Origin: Candidatus Omnitrophota bacterium
GTDB taxonomy: Bacteria; Omnitrophota; Gorgyraeia; JAHJTE01
NCBI GenBank assembly: GCA_018830005.1
Contig: JAHJTE010000002.1
Coordinates: forward strand, 331,809-395,808
Reading direction: 5' to 3'
DNA length: 64,000 nt
Part shown: positions 10,500 through 20,780 of the stretch, one piece after another
Numbering within the stretch: position 1 is the first letter of the stretch
Layout of the letters: every line of letters begins with the position of its first letter
The notes under the pieces: generated by a model
Database searches by the model: none
Seen by the model: only the letters and a program-made list of their open reading frames with translations
Told to the model about the DNA's origin: nothing
Position numbers and translations under genes: made by a program

Positions 10500-11500
10500 G
10501 ATCTCAATAAAGAATCACCTGGACTATAAAATATAATTTGACTTCCTAAACTTTCAAAACTAAAAGGCACATAAAGTAATTTGCTTAGTTTTTCTCTAAT
10601 GCGTGGCTGTACATTCGGCTCTGCAAAGATTAATATAAAACCACCTCCGCCAGCGCCCAATAACTTCCCCCCTAACGCACCTGCGTTAATGGCGCTATCG
10701 TATATCTCATCGATTTTAGGAGTGGTTATTTTTTTGGATAAATTGCGTTTAATTTTCCAGCTTTCGTGCAAAAGTTTCCCAAAATCCGTCAATCTGCTTT
10801 TACTATTCAAAATTTTTAATGCCTCCTTAACCAATTCCGACAGGGTTGTCAGTTCTGTTTTCTTATTAGGCGTTTCTTTAATTTGTTCTGCAGCAATCTT
10901 AGAGGCGGTGCGTGAAAATCCTGTAAAGAAAAGCATCAAATGTTCATGTAGACAATTAAGTCTGCTTACATCAACTGTTAGGGGGCTAACCTTAATATGC
11001 TCTTTGCCTCCGAATTCTATCAAATTAAATCCACCAAATGCAGCTTGCGCTTGATCTTGGCTTCCTACATTTTCGTTAATAAGTTCTTGCTCAACATGTA
11101 TAGCATCAAGTGCTAACTGCCTCTTCGTAGGCATAATACCTTTAAGGGCATAAAGGGCATGAAGCAATCCTACCGTAAAAGTCGAGCTCGATCCCATTCC
11201 CGTACGAGCAGGCAAGTCTCCATCATGATGGATTTCGATTCCATTTTTGACTTTCATAAATCTTAAACATTCACGAACAGAAGGATGGTGGATCTCAGAA
11301 ATTTCATTTATAAGCTCTACCTCAGAATAACTAATACGGGATTTATGTTCAAAAAAAGGCGGTAAATAACGACAATTAATATAGCAATATTTATTTATAG
11401 TAGTAGCTAAAACAGCTCCGCCATTTTCCTTATACCAAACAGGATAGTCTGTGCCACCTCCGAAAAAAGAAATACGAAAAGGCGTTCTGCTTATAACCAT
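10496..11500 (-). CDS. hddA: GHMP kinase, D-glycero-alpha-D-manno-heptose 7-phosphate kinase-like
   Basis: RTPFRISFFGGGTDY, LPARTGMGSSS, GSQDQ, GGKLLGAGGGG. Confidence 0.85.
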   Translation of the reverse strand: MVISRTPFRISFFGGGTDYPVWYKENGGAVLATTINKYCYINCRYLPPFFEHKSRISYSEVELINEISEIHHPSVRECLRFMKVKNGIEIHHDGDLPARTGMGSSSTFTVGLLHALYALKGIMPTKRQLALDAIHVEQELINENVGSQDQAQAAFGGFNLIEFGGKEHIKVSPLTVDVSRLNCLHEHLMLFFTGFSRTASKIAAEQIKETPNKKTELTTLSELVKEALKILNSKSRLTDFGKLLHESWKIKRNLSKKITTPKIDEIYDSAINAGALGGKLLGAGGGGFILIFAEPNVQPRIREKLSKLLYVPFSFESLGSQIIFYSPGDSLLRS

Positions 11501-11503
11501 AAT

Positions 11504-13228
11504 TTATATCTCCTTAAGTTTGTATGAATTGACCCAATATAACTTTTTTCCAAAACCCAAAATATCCGCGGGACCAAATATTTCATCTAAAGAATATTTC
11601 TTTTCAATAAAATCTTCTATGCGGGGGGATATTGATTGGAAATCACTTAAATAATTATTACTGATTTTTAAAATTATTTTCGGATTTTCATTTTCAATTT
11701 TAGAAATTATACTATGTTCAAATGAAGTTACTATGGGCCTGAGGTCCTCTCTTTTAATAGACATCTTTACCAAGAATTCAAGTTTCTTTAAAAGGTATTC
11801 TTCTCTTACAAAGATATTATTTTGCTTAGTTAAGAAGCTTAATTGTGGATAATAGCCCATAACAACTATTTTTTCATTATCCTGGAGATTCTTTGATAGA
11901 TAAGAAAATAATGACTCATATAATTCCTTTTCATAAGCAGTGACTAGGATTCCTTGGGCTCGGACTAAATTTAACGGTTCTCGATATCTTTTTGAATTAG
12001 AGTAAGGATAAATAAAAAAGTTTAAAAAACTGATATAAAATAAAAATATCGCAATACAAATTCTTGTAATTACCGGCCTAGTAGAGTAAAAAGTCTTCAA
12101 AAAATAAAGCAAATAAACGGTAAGAATAAAAGTAAGTTGAATATTGTATGCCTTGGTCATATTATGACCCACTAGAAAACTCTCGAAAGAAATAAACACC
12201 GAAGGAATAATGATGATCAATAAAGAATTTTTGTCTCTAAGCAATTTTTCCTTAATCTCAAAGTTAACTTTATTAAATCTTGCCCTGATATAAATAAAGA
12301 TAATTGAAATAGGCACTATAAAATACAGGCAATTGATAAAGGCCTCAAATGAAGTAACCAATAATTGCTTAAACTCACCAAATGAAGATATATTTATAAG
12401 GCTGCTAATTGGAAATATGCCATTAATTTTTTTTAAAATTTCTGAAAAGGTAATTATATCAATCTTGGATGAGAGGCTAACGGATACGGCAGAATTAGGT
12501 TGAAAAAACAAAGGGTAAGCCACAGGTAAATCCTTTAGCGCAGTCTGAGAATAAAAATACAATAAATATATCAACGGTAAAATGAATACACCTATTAGAA
12601 ATATCAAATAATTATTAATTTTATTTCTAAATTCCCTTAAACCATCAAACAAAAACAAAAATAAAGATACAGCAACTAAAAAACTAACTCCTGCTAATAA
12701 CGGCTTAGTTAATAAGCAAATGGAACAAAAGATACCAGCCCAAAAAATATTATATATTTTTTTATTCGATTCCAAGTATCTACAGATCATCAATAAACAG
12801 GCAATCTCAGCCAAAACAATGAAGATATGATTAAATGTATAATATGGAACATTAAAAAATATAATTGATAGAAAAGCAGCTATGCCGGCCCAAAGACTTG
12901 GCATGATCCTTTTGGACAAAAAGAAAACAAGAGGTATGACTAATGAGGCAAAAATGATATAGCTAATTCTCAAAACAATTAAATTGACACCGAATATCTT
13001 CATGATGAACGGATAGACGAAGAAAGAAAATGGACCATATAACCATTCAAAATCACGATAGGCTAAATTGCCTTGCATAGCTAAAAGATAAGCGTTTGCA
13101 TCACGACTTTCCTCAAAATTCATACCTAAACGAAAACTTAAAACATGATGAATATAATAAATCAAGGCTACGGCTAAGATAATTAGCAAGCTTTTATACT
13201 GTTTCCAAAACTCATTCTTTTTAAACAT
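11504..13228 (-). CDS. GT-C (ArnT/PMT-like) membrane glycosyltransferase, paralogue 2
   Basis: Polytopic; FEESRD...LAYRDFEWLYGPF first-loop motif; LLTKP; soluble C-terminal domain. Confidence 0.72.
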   Translation of the reverse strand: MFKKNEFWKQYKSLLIILAVALIYYIHHVLSFRLGMNFEESRDANAYLLAMQGNLAYRDFEWLYGPFSFFVYPFIMKIFGVNLIVLRISYIIFASLVIPLVFFLSKRIMPSLWAGIAAFLSIIFFNVPYYTFNHIFIVLAEIACLLMICRYLESNKKIYNIFWAGIFCSICLLTKPLLAGVSFLVAVSLFLFLFDGLREFRNKINNYLIFLIGVFILPLIYLLYFYSQTALKDLPVAYPLFFQPNSAVSVSLSSKIDIITFSEILKKINGIFPISSLINISSFGEFKQLLVTSFEAFINCLYFIVPISIIFIYIRARFNKVNFEIKEKLLRDKNSLLIIIIPSVFISFESFLVGHNMTKAYNIQLTFILTVYLLYFLKTFYSTRPVITRICIAIFLFYISFLNFFIYPYSNSKRYREPLNLVRAQGILVTAYEKELYESLFSYLSKNLQDNEKIVVMGYYPQLSFLTKQNNIFVREEYLLKKLEFLVKMSIKREDLRPIVTSFEHSIISKIENENPKIILKISNNYLSDFQSISPRIEDFIEKKYSLDEIFGPADILGFGKKLYWVNSYKLKEI

Positions 13229-14491
13229 AAATATTAAAATGTTTTTCTATTTAGATGCAGTATGCTAATAACCGCGAATTCACTTTCAATTTAATTTATA
13301 TGCATACACCCTAGCTTTTTCGTTTTCATTTCCAAGAATCTGTGCTGGTTCAAATTTTCGCTCTAGAAGATAATTTTCTGCTAGATAGTCTTTAATCTTG
13401 GGGGATATCATCCTGAAGTTAGGCAGATAATCTGCATTTATCGTCAAAACTATCTTGGGTTTCTGCGTTCTCATCATAGACATTATTTTATTCTCTAGCA
13501 AATTGCCGGAGAGAATAGCCCGGCCTGTCTTCCGTGCTCTCCAAAAGAGAACTTCGAGATTTGGAAAAATATAATCGTCTTTCGCAAAAATATTTTCTTG
13601 TTCGGTTAAGAAACTTAATTGAGGATAATAACCTATAACAGCAATCTTATCTTTGGCTTTAAGATTATCGGATAAGTATAACGACAAAGACTCATACATT
13701 CTTTTTTCTTGAGGTGTTACCAAAATTCCCCTGCTGCGTTCAAGATTCAATATTTTAGTGTTCTTTTTTAATCTAGAGTACGGATAACGGAAGAAAGACA
13801 CGAAACTTAAGGAAAATAAAACAATAAGTATTGCAGCAAACAAACGCTTACGCTGATGAATTCTTTTAAATAAATAGAGTAAATATACAGTCACTATAAA
13901 TGGGGTTTGAATAGTAAATGATCTATTGTAAATATGAGACATTACTAAGCTCTCTAGAGAAATAAATATTGAAAAAAGACCGAATAGTAGGAAGAATCTT
14001 TTGTTTTTTTTAATTTCTTCTCTAATTTCTGTTCTTTGATTACTAAATTTAGATCGATTATAAACAAGCAAAAGTAAAGCGCAGGTTAGAAACGGCAAAA
14101 TAACAATAAAATTATCAAATGAGGCAATTAGGACTTTTTTTAACTCTGTGAATGAAGTTAAATTTATAATCGTTTTGATTGGCAATAAGGTTGTTATTCT
14201 TTCAATGAGCCTTGGAATAATGCTCATTATCCTTGGAGCCTGATCAGCAAACAGCGATGAATCTTTAGCAAAATATGGATGAGCTACAGCAATACCTTTA
14301 AGTCTAGTTTGAAAATAGAAATACAAAGAATATATTAAAGGCAAAAAAACTGCGGCAATACTAAACATTAAAATATCTTTAAATCTTTTTCCCAGGCTAC
14401 CTAAATCCTTGTACAATAAAATAAATAAAGATATTGCAGCAAAAATAGTTATTCCAGAAACTAAAGGCTTAGTTAATAAGCAAATGGAACA
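12702..14491. repeat. Nucleotide-level duplication between the two GT-C paralogues (exact 26-nt copy at 12702-12727 and 14466-14491; longer similar blocks near 13050-13140 and 14815-14905)
   Basis: ggcttagttaataagcaaatggaaca occurs at both positions. The block aaatcacg.taggctaaattgcc.tg.atagc.aaaagataagcgtttgc.tcacg is also shared. Confidence 0.8.
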
Positions 14492-14992
14492 GGAGATACC
14501 GGCTAAAATTAAATACAAGATTTTTCGATTTGTTTCCATATATAAACATATCATCAAAAGACAGATCATTGCCCCCAATGTAAGAAAAATATGATTATAC
14601 GTATAATACGGGACATCAAAGAATACAATTGATAAGAATGCGGCGATACCTGCCCAAAGAGGCGGCATTATTCTTCTGGCTAAAAAGTATGCAAGAGGAA
14701 TAATCAAAGAAGTAAATACAATATAGCTAACCCTTAAAACAATAAGATTAAAACCAAATATCTTCATAAGCACAGGGTAAACAAAAAACGCGAAAGGTCC
14801 ATATACCCATTGGAAATCACGGTAGGCTAAATTGCCCTGTATAGCCAAAAGATAAGCGTTTGCGTCACGGCCCTCCTCAAAATGCAATCCCAAACGAAAA
14901 CTAAAATATTGTTTCAAGTAATAGCTAGCAACCACTACTAAAATTATTAAGAAGCTTTTATTTTGTTGCCAAAACTTATATCTATAATTCAT
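13286..14992 (-). CDS. GT-C (ArnT/PMT-like) membrane glycosyltransferase, paralogue 1
   Basis: FEEGRD...LAYRDFQWVYGPF; LLTKP; colinear similarity to 11504..13228. Confidence 0.72.
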   Translation of the reverse strand: MNYRYKFWQQNKSFLIILVVVASYYLKQYFSFRLGLHFEEGRDANAYLLAIQGNLAYRDFQWVYGPFAFFVYPVLMKIFGFNLIVLRVSYIVFTSLIIPLAYFLARRIMPPLWAGIAAFLSIVFFDVPYYTYNHIFLTLGAMICLLMICLYMETNRKILYLILAGISCSICLLTKPLVSGITIFAAISLFILLYKDLGSLGKRFKDILMFSIAAVFLPLIYSLYFYFQTRLKGIAVAHPYFAKDSSLFADQAPRIMSIIPRLIERITTLLPIKTIINLTSFTELKKVLIASFDNFIVILPFLTCALLLLVYNRSKFSNQRTEIREEIKKNKRFFLLFGLFSIFISLESLVMSHIYNRSFTIQTPFIVTVYLLYLFKRIHQRKRLFAAILIVLFSLSFVSFFRYPYSRLKKNTKILNLERSRGILVTPQEKRMYESLSLYLSDNLKAKDKIAVIGYYPQLSFLTEQENIFAKDDYIFPNLEVLFWRARKTGRAILSGNLLENKIMSMMRTQKPKIVLTINADYLPNFRMISPKIKDYLAENYLLERKFEPAQILGNENEKARVYAYKLN

Positions 14993-14997
14993 TTATC

Positions 14998-15930
14998 TTA
15001 AACATTGGAGAATTGGTTTAGTCTGATAACCTGATAACCTTTGATTAATTCCCTAATACCATCCCGAAGTGAAAAAATAGGCTTGAATCCTGTCTTTTCA
15101 ATTTTTGAGTTACTTACGATGTAGTCTCTTTTGTCCGGATCCTCCCCAATCTTAGCTTCGACAAAATAAAACTCAGGGATCTCCTTTTTGATCTGTTCAC
15201 ATAATTCCCATTTGCTTAAATTTGCATCGCTAATGCCAACATTATAAGGTTCGTCTTTCATCAATTCGAAATTATCTAAGGAATGAATAAATGCCTTTGC
15301 CACATCTCGCACATGAATATAATTTCTCTTGAAGTGTGGCTCGAAAATTATAATAAAATAGTCAGCTACGGCGCGATAAACAAAATTATTCACTAGAAGG
15401 TCAAGCCGCATTCGTGGACTAACCCCAAATGCCGTTGCCAGACGTAAAGAAATTGAATTTTTAGCATCCAACAGCGCCTTCTCTGCTTCTACCTTCAATC
15501 TTCCATAAAGAGAAATAGGCCGCAAAGGGGTATCCTCGGTGCAGAAGTTATCTTTCTGGCCTACTCCATAACCGCTATTCGTAGTGGGATAAATTACTCT
15601 TTGATTTTTACTGCGTAAATCTAATATCAAATTTAGGCCATCAACAATGACTGCTTTAGCCTCTGTTGGATTTTTCTGACAAACAGGCGCGCCCGTCAAA
15701 CAAGCCAAAGGGAAAATTACATCGACGTTCTGGAGCAGTTTCGAAATCAATTTTTTATCTCGACAATCTCCTCTAGTAATAGTCAATTTTTTATCATAGC
15801 AACAATCTAAAAGAGAGGTTTGATTATAAATAAAATTATCCAGAGCGATAACTTCGCAACCCTTCTTTAATAATTCAGAGACTAATACTGAACCAATATA
15901 ACCTGCTGCTCCAGTAACTAAAATCTTCAT
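14998..15930 (-). CDS. NAD-dependent epimerase/dehydratase/reductase (extended SDR)
   Basis: TGAAGYIG, YGRLK catalytic YxxxK, RLATAFGVSPRMRLDLLVN. Confidence 0.88.
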   Translation of the reverse strand: MKILVTGAAGYIGSVLVSELLKKGCEVIALDNFIYNQTSLLDCCYDKKLTITRGDCRDKKLISKLLQNVDVIFPLACLTGAPVCQKNPTEAKAVIVDGLNLILDLRSKNQRVIYPTTNSGYGVGQKDNFCTEDTPLRPISLYGRLKVEAEKALLDAKNSISLRLATAFGVSPRMRLDLLVNNFVYRAVADYFIIIFEPHFKRNYIHVRDVAKAFIHSLDNFELMKDEPYNVGISDANLSKWELCEQIKKEIPEFYFVEAKIGEDPDKRDYIVSNSKIEKTGFKPIFSLRDGIRELIKGYQVIRLNQFSNV

Positions 15931-15947
15931 AATTCCCCTCTCCTTTA

Positions 15948-17414
15948 CTAAACCTTGTTTGTCGTCTCCTGTTCTTCTAATAATCTTCTTTTTAATTTGA
16001 ATTTTAGCATATCTTGTATATGCGCTAGGGTCTGTATGCCAAATTTATCTAAAATCATATCTTGATAGCGCTTACTAGAAAAATATTCTTCAAAGGCATC
16101 GTCTCTAAACTTAAGAATTTGAGATGCAGTCAAATACTTGGTTGGCAGAGGCTGTGTTTCAAAACTAAATTGAGAATAACCTAACCAAGAATCCGGTAGA
16201 GGTAATTTATCAGCTAATGTCTGTTCATACAGCTTTGAGCCGGGATAAGCCATGGCTACATAAAAATTTGCGTATTCGCAATTAAGCTCTTTTGCTAAAT
16301 CTAAAGTCTGGCCCAAAGACTCTAAATCATCTTCTGGCAAACCAAAGATAAAATTAGCGCCAATATGAATACCGACTGAATGTATCAAACTAGTGATGCG
16401 CTTCATCTTTTCATTGTCAAACCTTCCCTTGCTTACTGCGTCTCTTACCCTCTTACTGCCTGACTCAAAACCAATACCCAACCAATTGATTCCAGCCTGC
16501 TTCATTCTCTTAAGCATATTCTCATTAAGCGTATCTACTCTAGCATATGCCCAAATATTTAAATTATAACCCCTTTGAATTAAAGAATCACAGATCTGTA
16601 TAACGCGTTCTTCTTTTAAGGCAAACATTTCATCCATGATTTTGAAATTCTTGATTCCGTAATTTTCTACCAGATAATCAATCTCCCTAATGACTTTATC
16701 GGGATCCCTATACCTGATTGTATGCTTGCCGAAGATTGCATTTATGCAACAAAAGGAACAGTTAAAAGGACATCCTAAGCTTGTATAAATTACTCCGTAA
16801 GGACTACGCTTATCTAAATGACCAAAGCAATGCCAGTTATGTGCTCTATATTTATTCATTGCCAATAAATCCCATGCCGGCATAGACAAATCATCCGAAT
16901 CAACTAATTCAGCTCTCGGGTTAGAAAGAATTTTACAATTCTCTTCATAGAATAAACCCTTGATATCTTTCAAAGGTTTGCCAGATAATAAATCTAATAC
17001 TGTAAAAAACCCCTCTCCTTCGCAAACGAAATCTACCGATTCTTCTCTAAGAGTCTTCTCTGGTAAGGCTGAAGGATGAAGTCCAATCAGAATAGTCGAA
17101 ATATCCCTATTGTTTTTTTTGATATTATCAAGCAACTCCCTTGCCCCTACCATACTAGTTGTGGAGGCTGAAGGATTGGTTCCAGAAGCGACTATAGCCA
17201 CTAATCTCGGCCTCATTTTAACGACTGCTGACAAGACTCTTTCCGGCTCAATCTCAGCATCTATTATATCTACATTAAAACCCCTCTCTCTGATAAAGCC
17301 ACCCAAAAGCCCAGCCCAAAGAGGCGGCTCAAGACCAGAAAGGGACTTGCTTAAATTCTGGTATATCTTCTTCTGTGCTCCGGGTTTTATAACTAATAAA
17401 TCTAAGTTTTTCAT
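15948..17414 (-). CDS. Cobalamin-binding radical SAM protein
   Basis: EPPLW, GLHPSALPE, GEGF, SLGCPFNCSFC, MDEMF, GFESG. ATG at 17414 makes an ATGA overlap with the upstream stop. Confidence 0.9.
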   Translation of the reverse strand: MKNLDLLVIKPGAQKKIYQNLSKSLSGLEPPLWAGLLGGFIRERGFNVDIIDAEIEPERVLSAVVKMRPRLVAIVASGTNPSASTTSMVGARELLDNIKKNNRDISTILIGLHPSALPEKTLREESVDFVCEGEGFFTVLDLLSGKPLKDIKGLFYEENCKILSNPRAELVDSDDLSMPAWDLLAMNKYRAHNWHCFGHLDKRSPYGVIYTSLGCPFNCSFCCINAIFGKHTIRYRDPDKVIREIDYLVENYGIKNFKIMDEMFALKEERVIQICDSLIQRGYNLNIWAYARVDTLNENMLKRMKQAGINWLGIGFESGSKRVRDAVSKGRFDNEKMKRITSLIHSVGIHIGANFIFGLPEDDLESLGQTLDLAKELNCEYANFYVAMAYPGSKLYEQTLADKLPLPDSWLGYSQFSFETQPLPTKYLTASQILKFRDDAFEEYFSSKRYQDMILDKFGIQTLAHIQDMLKFKLKRRLLEEQETTNKV

Positions 17415-19201
17415 TTTATCGGACCAGGATAAACAGGATTCTCCCATCCCTTCCAAGGCTTAATAATCATATTTCTTTTAAATTCTTCTCTCGGTAAAAA
17501 TGGATATTGATCTTCTATTGGTGTACCCCAACCAAGCTTTGGTTGATAATCATAGAAACCAACCATATTAACATCACAAATTACTGACTCCCGGCTTTTA
17601 AGGGCATCTTTTAGTTTTCTTTTCAATTCTTTGTGATCCTTAATTCTTAACGTCTTTAAGCCATAGGCCTTAGCAACTTTTACGTAATCAGGAAAAGACA
17701 CGCCATGTTCGGAATCAACGCCTGCATATTCTGATTTAAAATGCGTGTCACGATAAGCCTTAGTTATCCCAAATGCCTGATTATTAAAGATAAAGACCTT
17801 AACCGGAAGCTTGTAATGCTTTAACGTCTGAAGTTCTTGTATATTAAAATGCATACCACCGTCTCCGAGTATACAATTCACTTTCTTGCCAGTAGCAACA
17901 GCTGCTCCTATAGCAGCCGGAAGTGCATAACCCAAAGATGAATTTCCGTTGTTACTAAATACTCTTTGATTCGCCTTAGGCTGGAAGGCCTGAGAAGTTA
18001 CAACGCAATTACCTCCTGCCTCATGTACTAAAACATCACCCGAATTCATTAGCTCAGAAAGAACCTTAACAAAGATATATGGATTAACGCTCCCCTTTTG
18101 TTTGACGTATTCTTTCCTGACTACAGGATATCTATTCTCCCATTCCTTGACCCGAGCCAACCAAGTAGGATCAATATTCGCTCCAAATTTAGGAGATTTT
18201 CTAAAGGCTTTCGTAAATTCATTAATAAATACCTTCGCGTCGCAATAAATATTCAAATCGCCCTTTGTTTGTTGAAATTTCATTTCGTATTTATCAATAT
18301 CTACGATTATCTTCCTTGCAGCTCGAGCAAAGGTATGCTGCATACCTCCGGTAATTCTTCCGGAGATTCTGCTTCCTATAGCTAAAAGAAAATCGCAATT
18401 CTGGATACCGAAATTTCTGCCGTCGCCGCCGAATGTACCCACTTTTCCGCCAAAGAATTTAGGGTCGTAATGATCGATCATATTCCAAGTTACAAAAAAC
18501 GGCACACTCTTTAATTTGCGAGCTAAAATCTTTGCCTGTTCGCTGGCACCGGCCAACCATACCCCGCCGCCTAAAAGAATAGCTGGCCGCTTTGCTTGCC
18601 TTAGATAATTTAAAACACGAACAATCTTATTAATCTCCCACCCCTCTGAACTAGGGGGTAAATAACCTTTCAATTTTGAAGAAACCTTTGCTCTTTGTAT
18701 ATCCATAGGGACATCTAACAGTACTGGACCTGGCCTACCACTTGTTGCTAAAAAGTAAGCTTTCTCCAATTCATATCGAATATCAGCTGCCTTCCTAATA
18801 ACAGTAGCATATTTGGTAATCGGTTTAACCATTGACACAATATCACTTTCCTGAAAACCCCATTGCCTAACTAGATTATTAGGTTTTATAAAACGGGAAT
18901 TAACCTGACCTGTAAAATAGAGCGCTGGACAGGAATCGTAAAAACTAGCTGCAATGCCATTTAATAGATTCTGGCCTCCTGGACCGGAGGTGGCAATCAT
19001 TGCTGACATCTTGCGCGTGGCCTTAAAATAGCCATCAACCATGAATGCGCCTGCTTGTTCATGCAACGGACAATAATACTTGAGCTTCTTGTTTCTGGCA
19101 ACCGACACGACAAGACTTGCCGCAGCAGACCCCTCAATAAAAAACACATCACGAATACCTTTCTTAACTAAAAAATCAGCAATAAATTCCGAAACTATCA
19201 T
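17411..19201 (-). CDS. Thiamine diphosphate enzyme, acetolactate synthase/YerE-like
   Basis: HEQAG catalytic Glu, TSGPG, GRPGPVLLDVPMDIQ, GDGG...FNN ThDP motif; no ilvN/ilvC nearby. Confidence 0.88.
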   Translation of the reverse strand: MIVSEFIADFLVKKGIRDVFFIEGSAAASLVVSVARNKKLKYYCPLHEQAGAFMVDGYFKATRKMSAMIATSGPGGQNLLNGIAASFYDSCPALYFTGQVNSRFIKPNNLVRQWGFQESDIVSMVKPITKYATVIRKAADIRYELEKAYFLATSGRPGPVLLDVPMDIQRAKVSSKLKGYLPPSSEGWEINKIVRVLNYLRQAKRPAILLGGGVWLAGASEQAKILARKLKSVPFFVTWNMIDHYDPKFFGGKVGTFGGDGRNFGIQNCDFLLAIGSRISGRITGGMQHTFARAARKIIVDIDKYEMKFQQTKGDLNIYCDAKVFINEFTKAFRKSPKFGANIDPTWLARVKEWENRYPVVRKEYVKQKGSVNPYIFVKVLSELMNSGDVLVHEAGGNCVVTSQAFQPKANQRVFSNNGNSSLGYALPAAIGAAVATGKKVNCILGDGGMHFNIQELQTLKHYKLPVKVFIFNNQAFGITKAYRDTHFKSEYAGVDSEHGVSFPDYVKVAKAYGLKTLRIKDHKELKRKLKDALKSRESVICDVNMVGFYDYQPKLGWGTPIEDQYPFLPREEFKRNMIIKPWKGWENPVYPGPIK

Positions 19202-19295
19202 TCTTGTACCTCTCCTAGCTCCTATCTTATTAAAACGTCCTTCCTCAATTGTCCCAAGAGCTTACTTTGAAGGCTTAATTTATTTCCTAGATCTA

Positions 19296-20780
19296 TCATA
19301 ACTGCAATAAATGATGAATAGGTAATTTTCTGTTTCTATTTAAGCTTGCATAGCGTTGCGTGATTATATCCTCTGCTTTTTTTCGAAATTCAATTAATTC
19401 TTCGATATCCAAATTATAAGGTTTGATCCATGGCTTATCGCTAGCTTGATGAAAATTCTCGGCATATAAAATATCCTGATCAGGAACTAATAACAACTTA
19501 TTCCTAATAACTTCATCATATAATCTAGAGCCAGGAAGCGGGACGGCGGTATGGATTGATATGTTATCTAAATAAAGTTTATTTATCATCTCGTAAGTTT
19601 CCCTAAGAGTATCCGAGGTTTCTTGAGGTAGGCCAATAATAAAAAAAGCCCTTACAAAAATATCCTTTTCCTTGCGCATTAGTTCAAATACCTCAAATAT
19701 TTTTTCCCTCGGCAATTTTTTTCCCATAACTTTATTTCTAATGTAATCAGAACCGCTCTCTACAGCAAAGGATATCCTTAAAAGGCCCATAGCTTTTAGC
19801 GCCTCTAGAATATCCCTATCAAAAAACTTTATAGAGATACCGTTTGGTGTATCAACATAGATCTTGAGATTCTTTTTCCTAATCTTACTAGCGAGTTCAA
19901 GTACTCTACTTTTATCCATGCTAAAGTTATCATCTATTATTGAAAAATAATTAATACCATATTCATTATATAGGTATTCTATTTCTTTTAGGCAATTCTC
20001 AGCTGATCTGTATCTTATTTCTTTTCCATGAAGAAGATGCATAGCACAAAAATTACATCCCATAGGACAGCTACGACTTGAAAGGAAGGGGAATCTGTAT
20101 TTAAGGCTATATCCTTTGGGGTTGTGCCAATGCCTTTCCCACTTCTCTGACTCAATCTCATAATCCTGCAAATTTAAGAGTTCCCAGGCTGGATAGGGTA
20201 AAATGTCTAAATCATTAATGAAGTTTCTTTTAGGGTTGACTCTTATCCGGCCATCTCTGTAACATATTCCATCTATGTCTGATAGTGAACCACCATTGAA
20301 AATACAATTTAACAACTGAAGGAAAGACTCCTCCCCTTCACCAATAATAATAAAATCAACACAATCAAAGCGTTCAAGAATTTCCTTATAAAATACGGTC
20401 GGCTGGATACCACCTAGGACAACCGGAAGAGAACTATCTATCTTTTTTAAAACGGAACTTATGAAGATAGTGGCTGGAAATTTACCCGAAAATAAACAAC
20501 TAATACCAACAAGATCGGGTTTGTAATCATTGTAGGTGTCAGTAATTGTTTGCTCGACAAAAGCATCGAGATCATCTTTAAAAGATAAATTATGTCTTTT
20601 CAGAAGAGCTGGAATATCTAGATAAAATATATTATAACGGTTCTTCTTTAGAGTAGCTGCCAAAGAAAGCAAGCCTACCGAAGGATAAGGCTCCTCTCTC
20701 AAATTGCTAACCATTGAATCATTCGAGATATTACTGGATCTAACGTGAGAATTAATTAATAAAATCTTCTTACTATTCAT
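19296..20780 (-). CDS. Cobalamin-binding radical SAM protein
   Basis: PSVGLLSLAA, PDLVGIS, LGGIQPT, GEGE, SRSCPMGCNFC, IDDNF, AVESGS. Confidence 0.9.
   Translation of the reverse strand: MNSKKILLINSHVRSSNISNDSMVSNLREEPYPSVGLLSLAATLKKNRYNIFYLDIPALLKRHNLSFKDDLDAFVEQTITDTYNDYKPDLVGISCLFSGKFPATIFISSVLKKIDSSLPVVLGGIQPTVFYKEILERFDCVDFIIIGEGEESFLQLLNCIFNGGSLSDIDGICYRDGRIRVNPKRNFINDLDILPYPAWELLNLQDYEIESEKWERHWHNPKGYSLKYRFPFLSSRSCPMGCNFCAMHLLHGKEIRYRSAENCLKEIEYLYNEYGINYFSIIDDNFSMDKSRVLELASKIRKKNLKIYVDTPNGISIKFFDRDILEALKAMGLLRISFAVESGSDYIRNKVMGKKLPREKIFEVFELMRKEKDIFVRAFFIIGLPQETSDTLRETYEMINKLYLDNISIHTAVPLPGSRLYDEVIRNKLLLVPDQDILYAENFHQASDKPWIKPYNLDIEELIEFRKKAEDIITQRYASLNRNRKLPIHHLLQL

Noticed and set aside
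17411-19201. ilvB (branched-chain amino acid synthesis)
   Set aside because: No ilvN/ilvC, a divergent N-terminal motif (FIEGSAA), and it is flanked by radical SAM and sugar genes.
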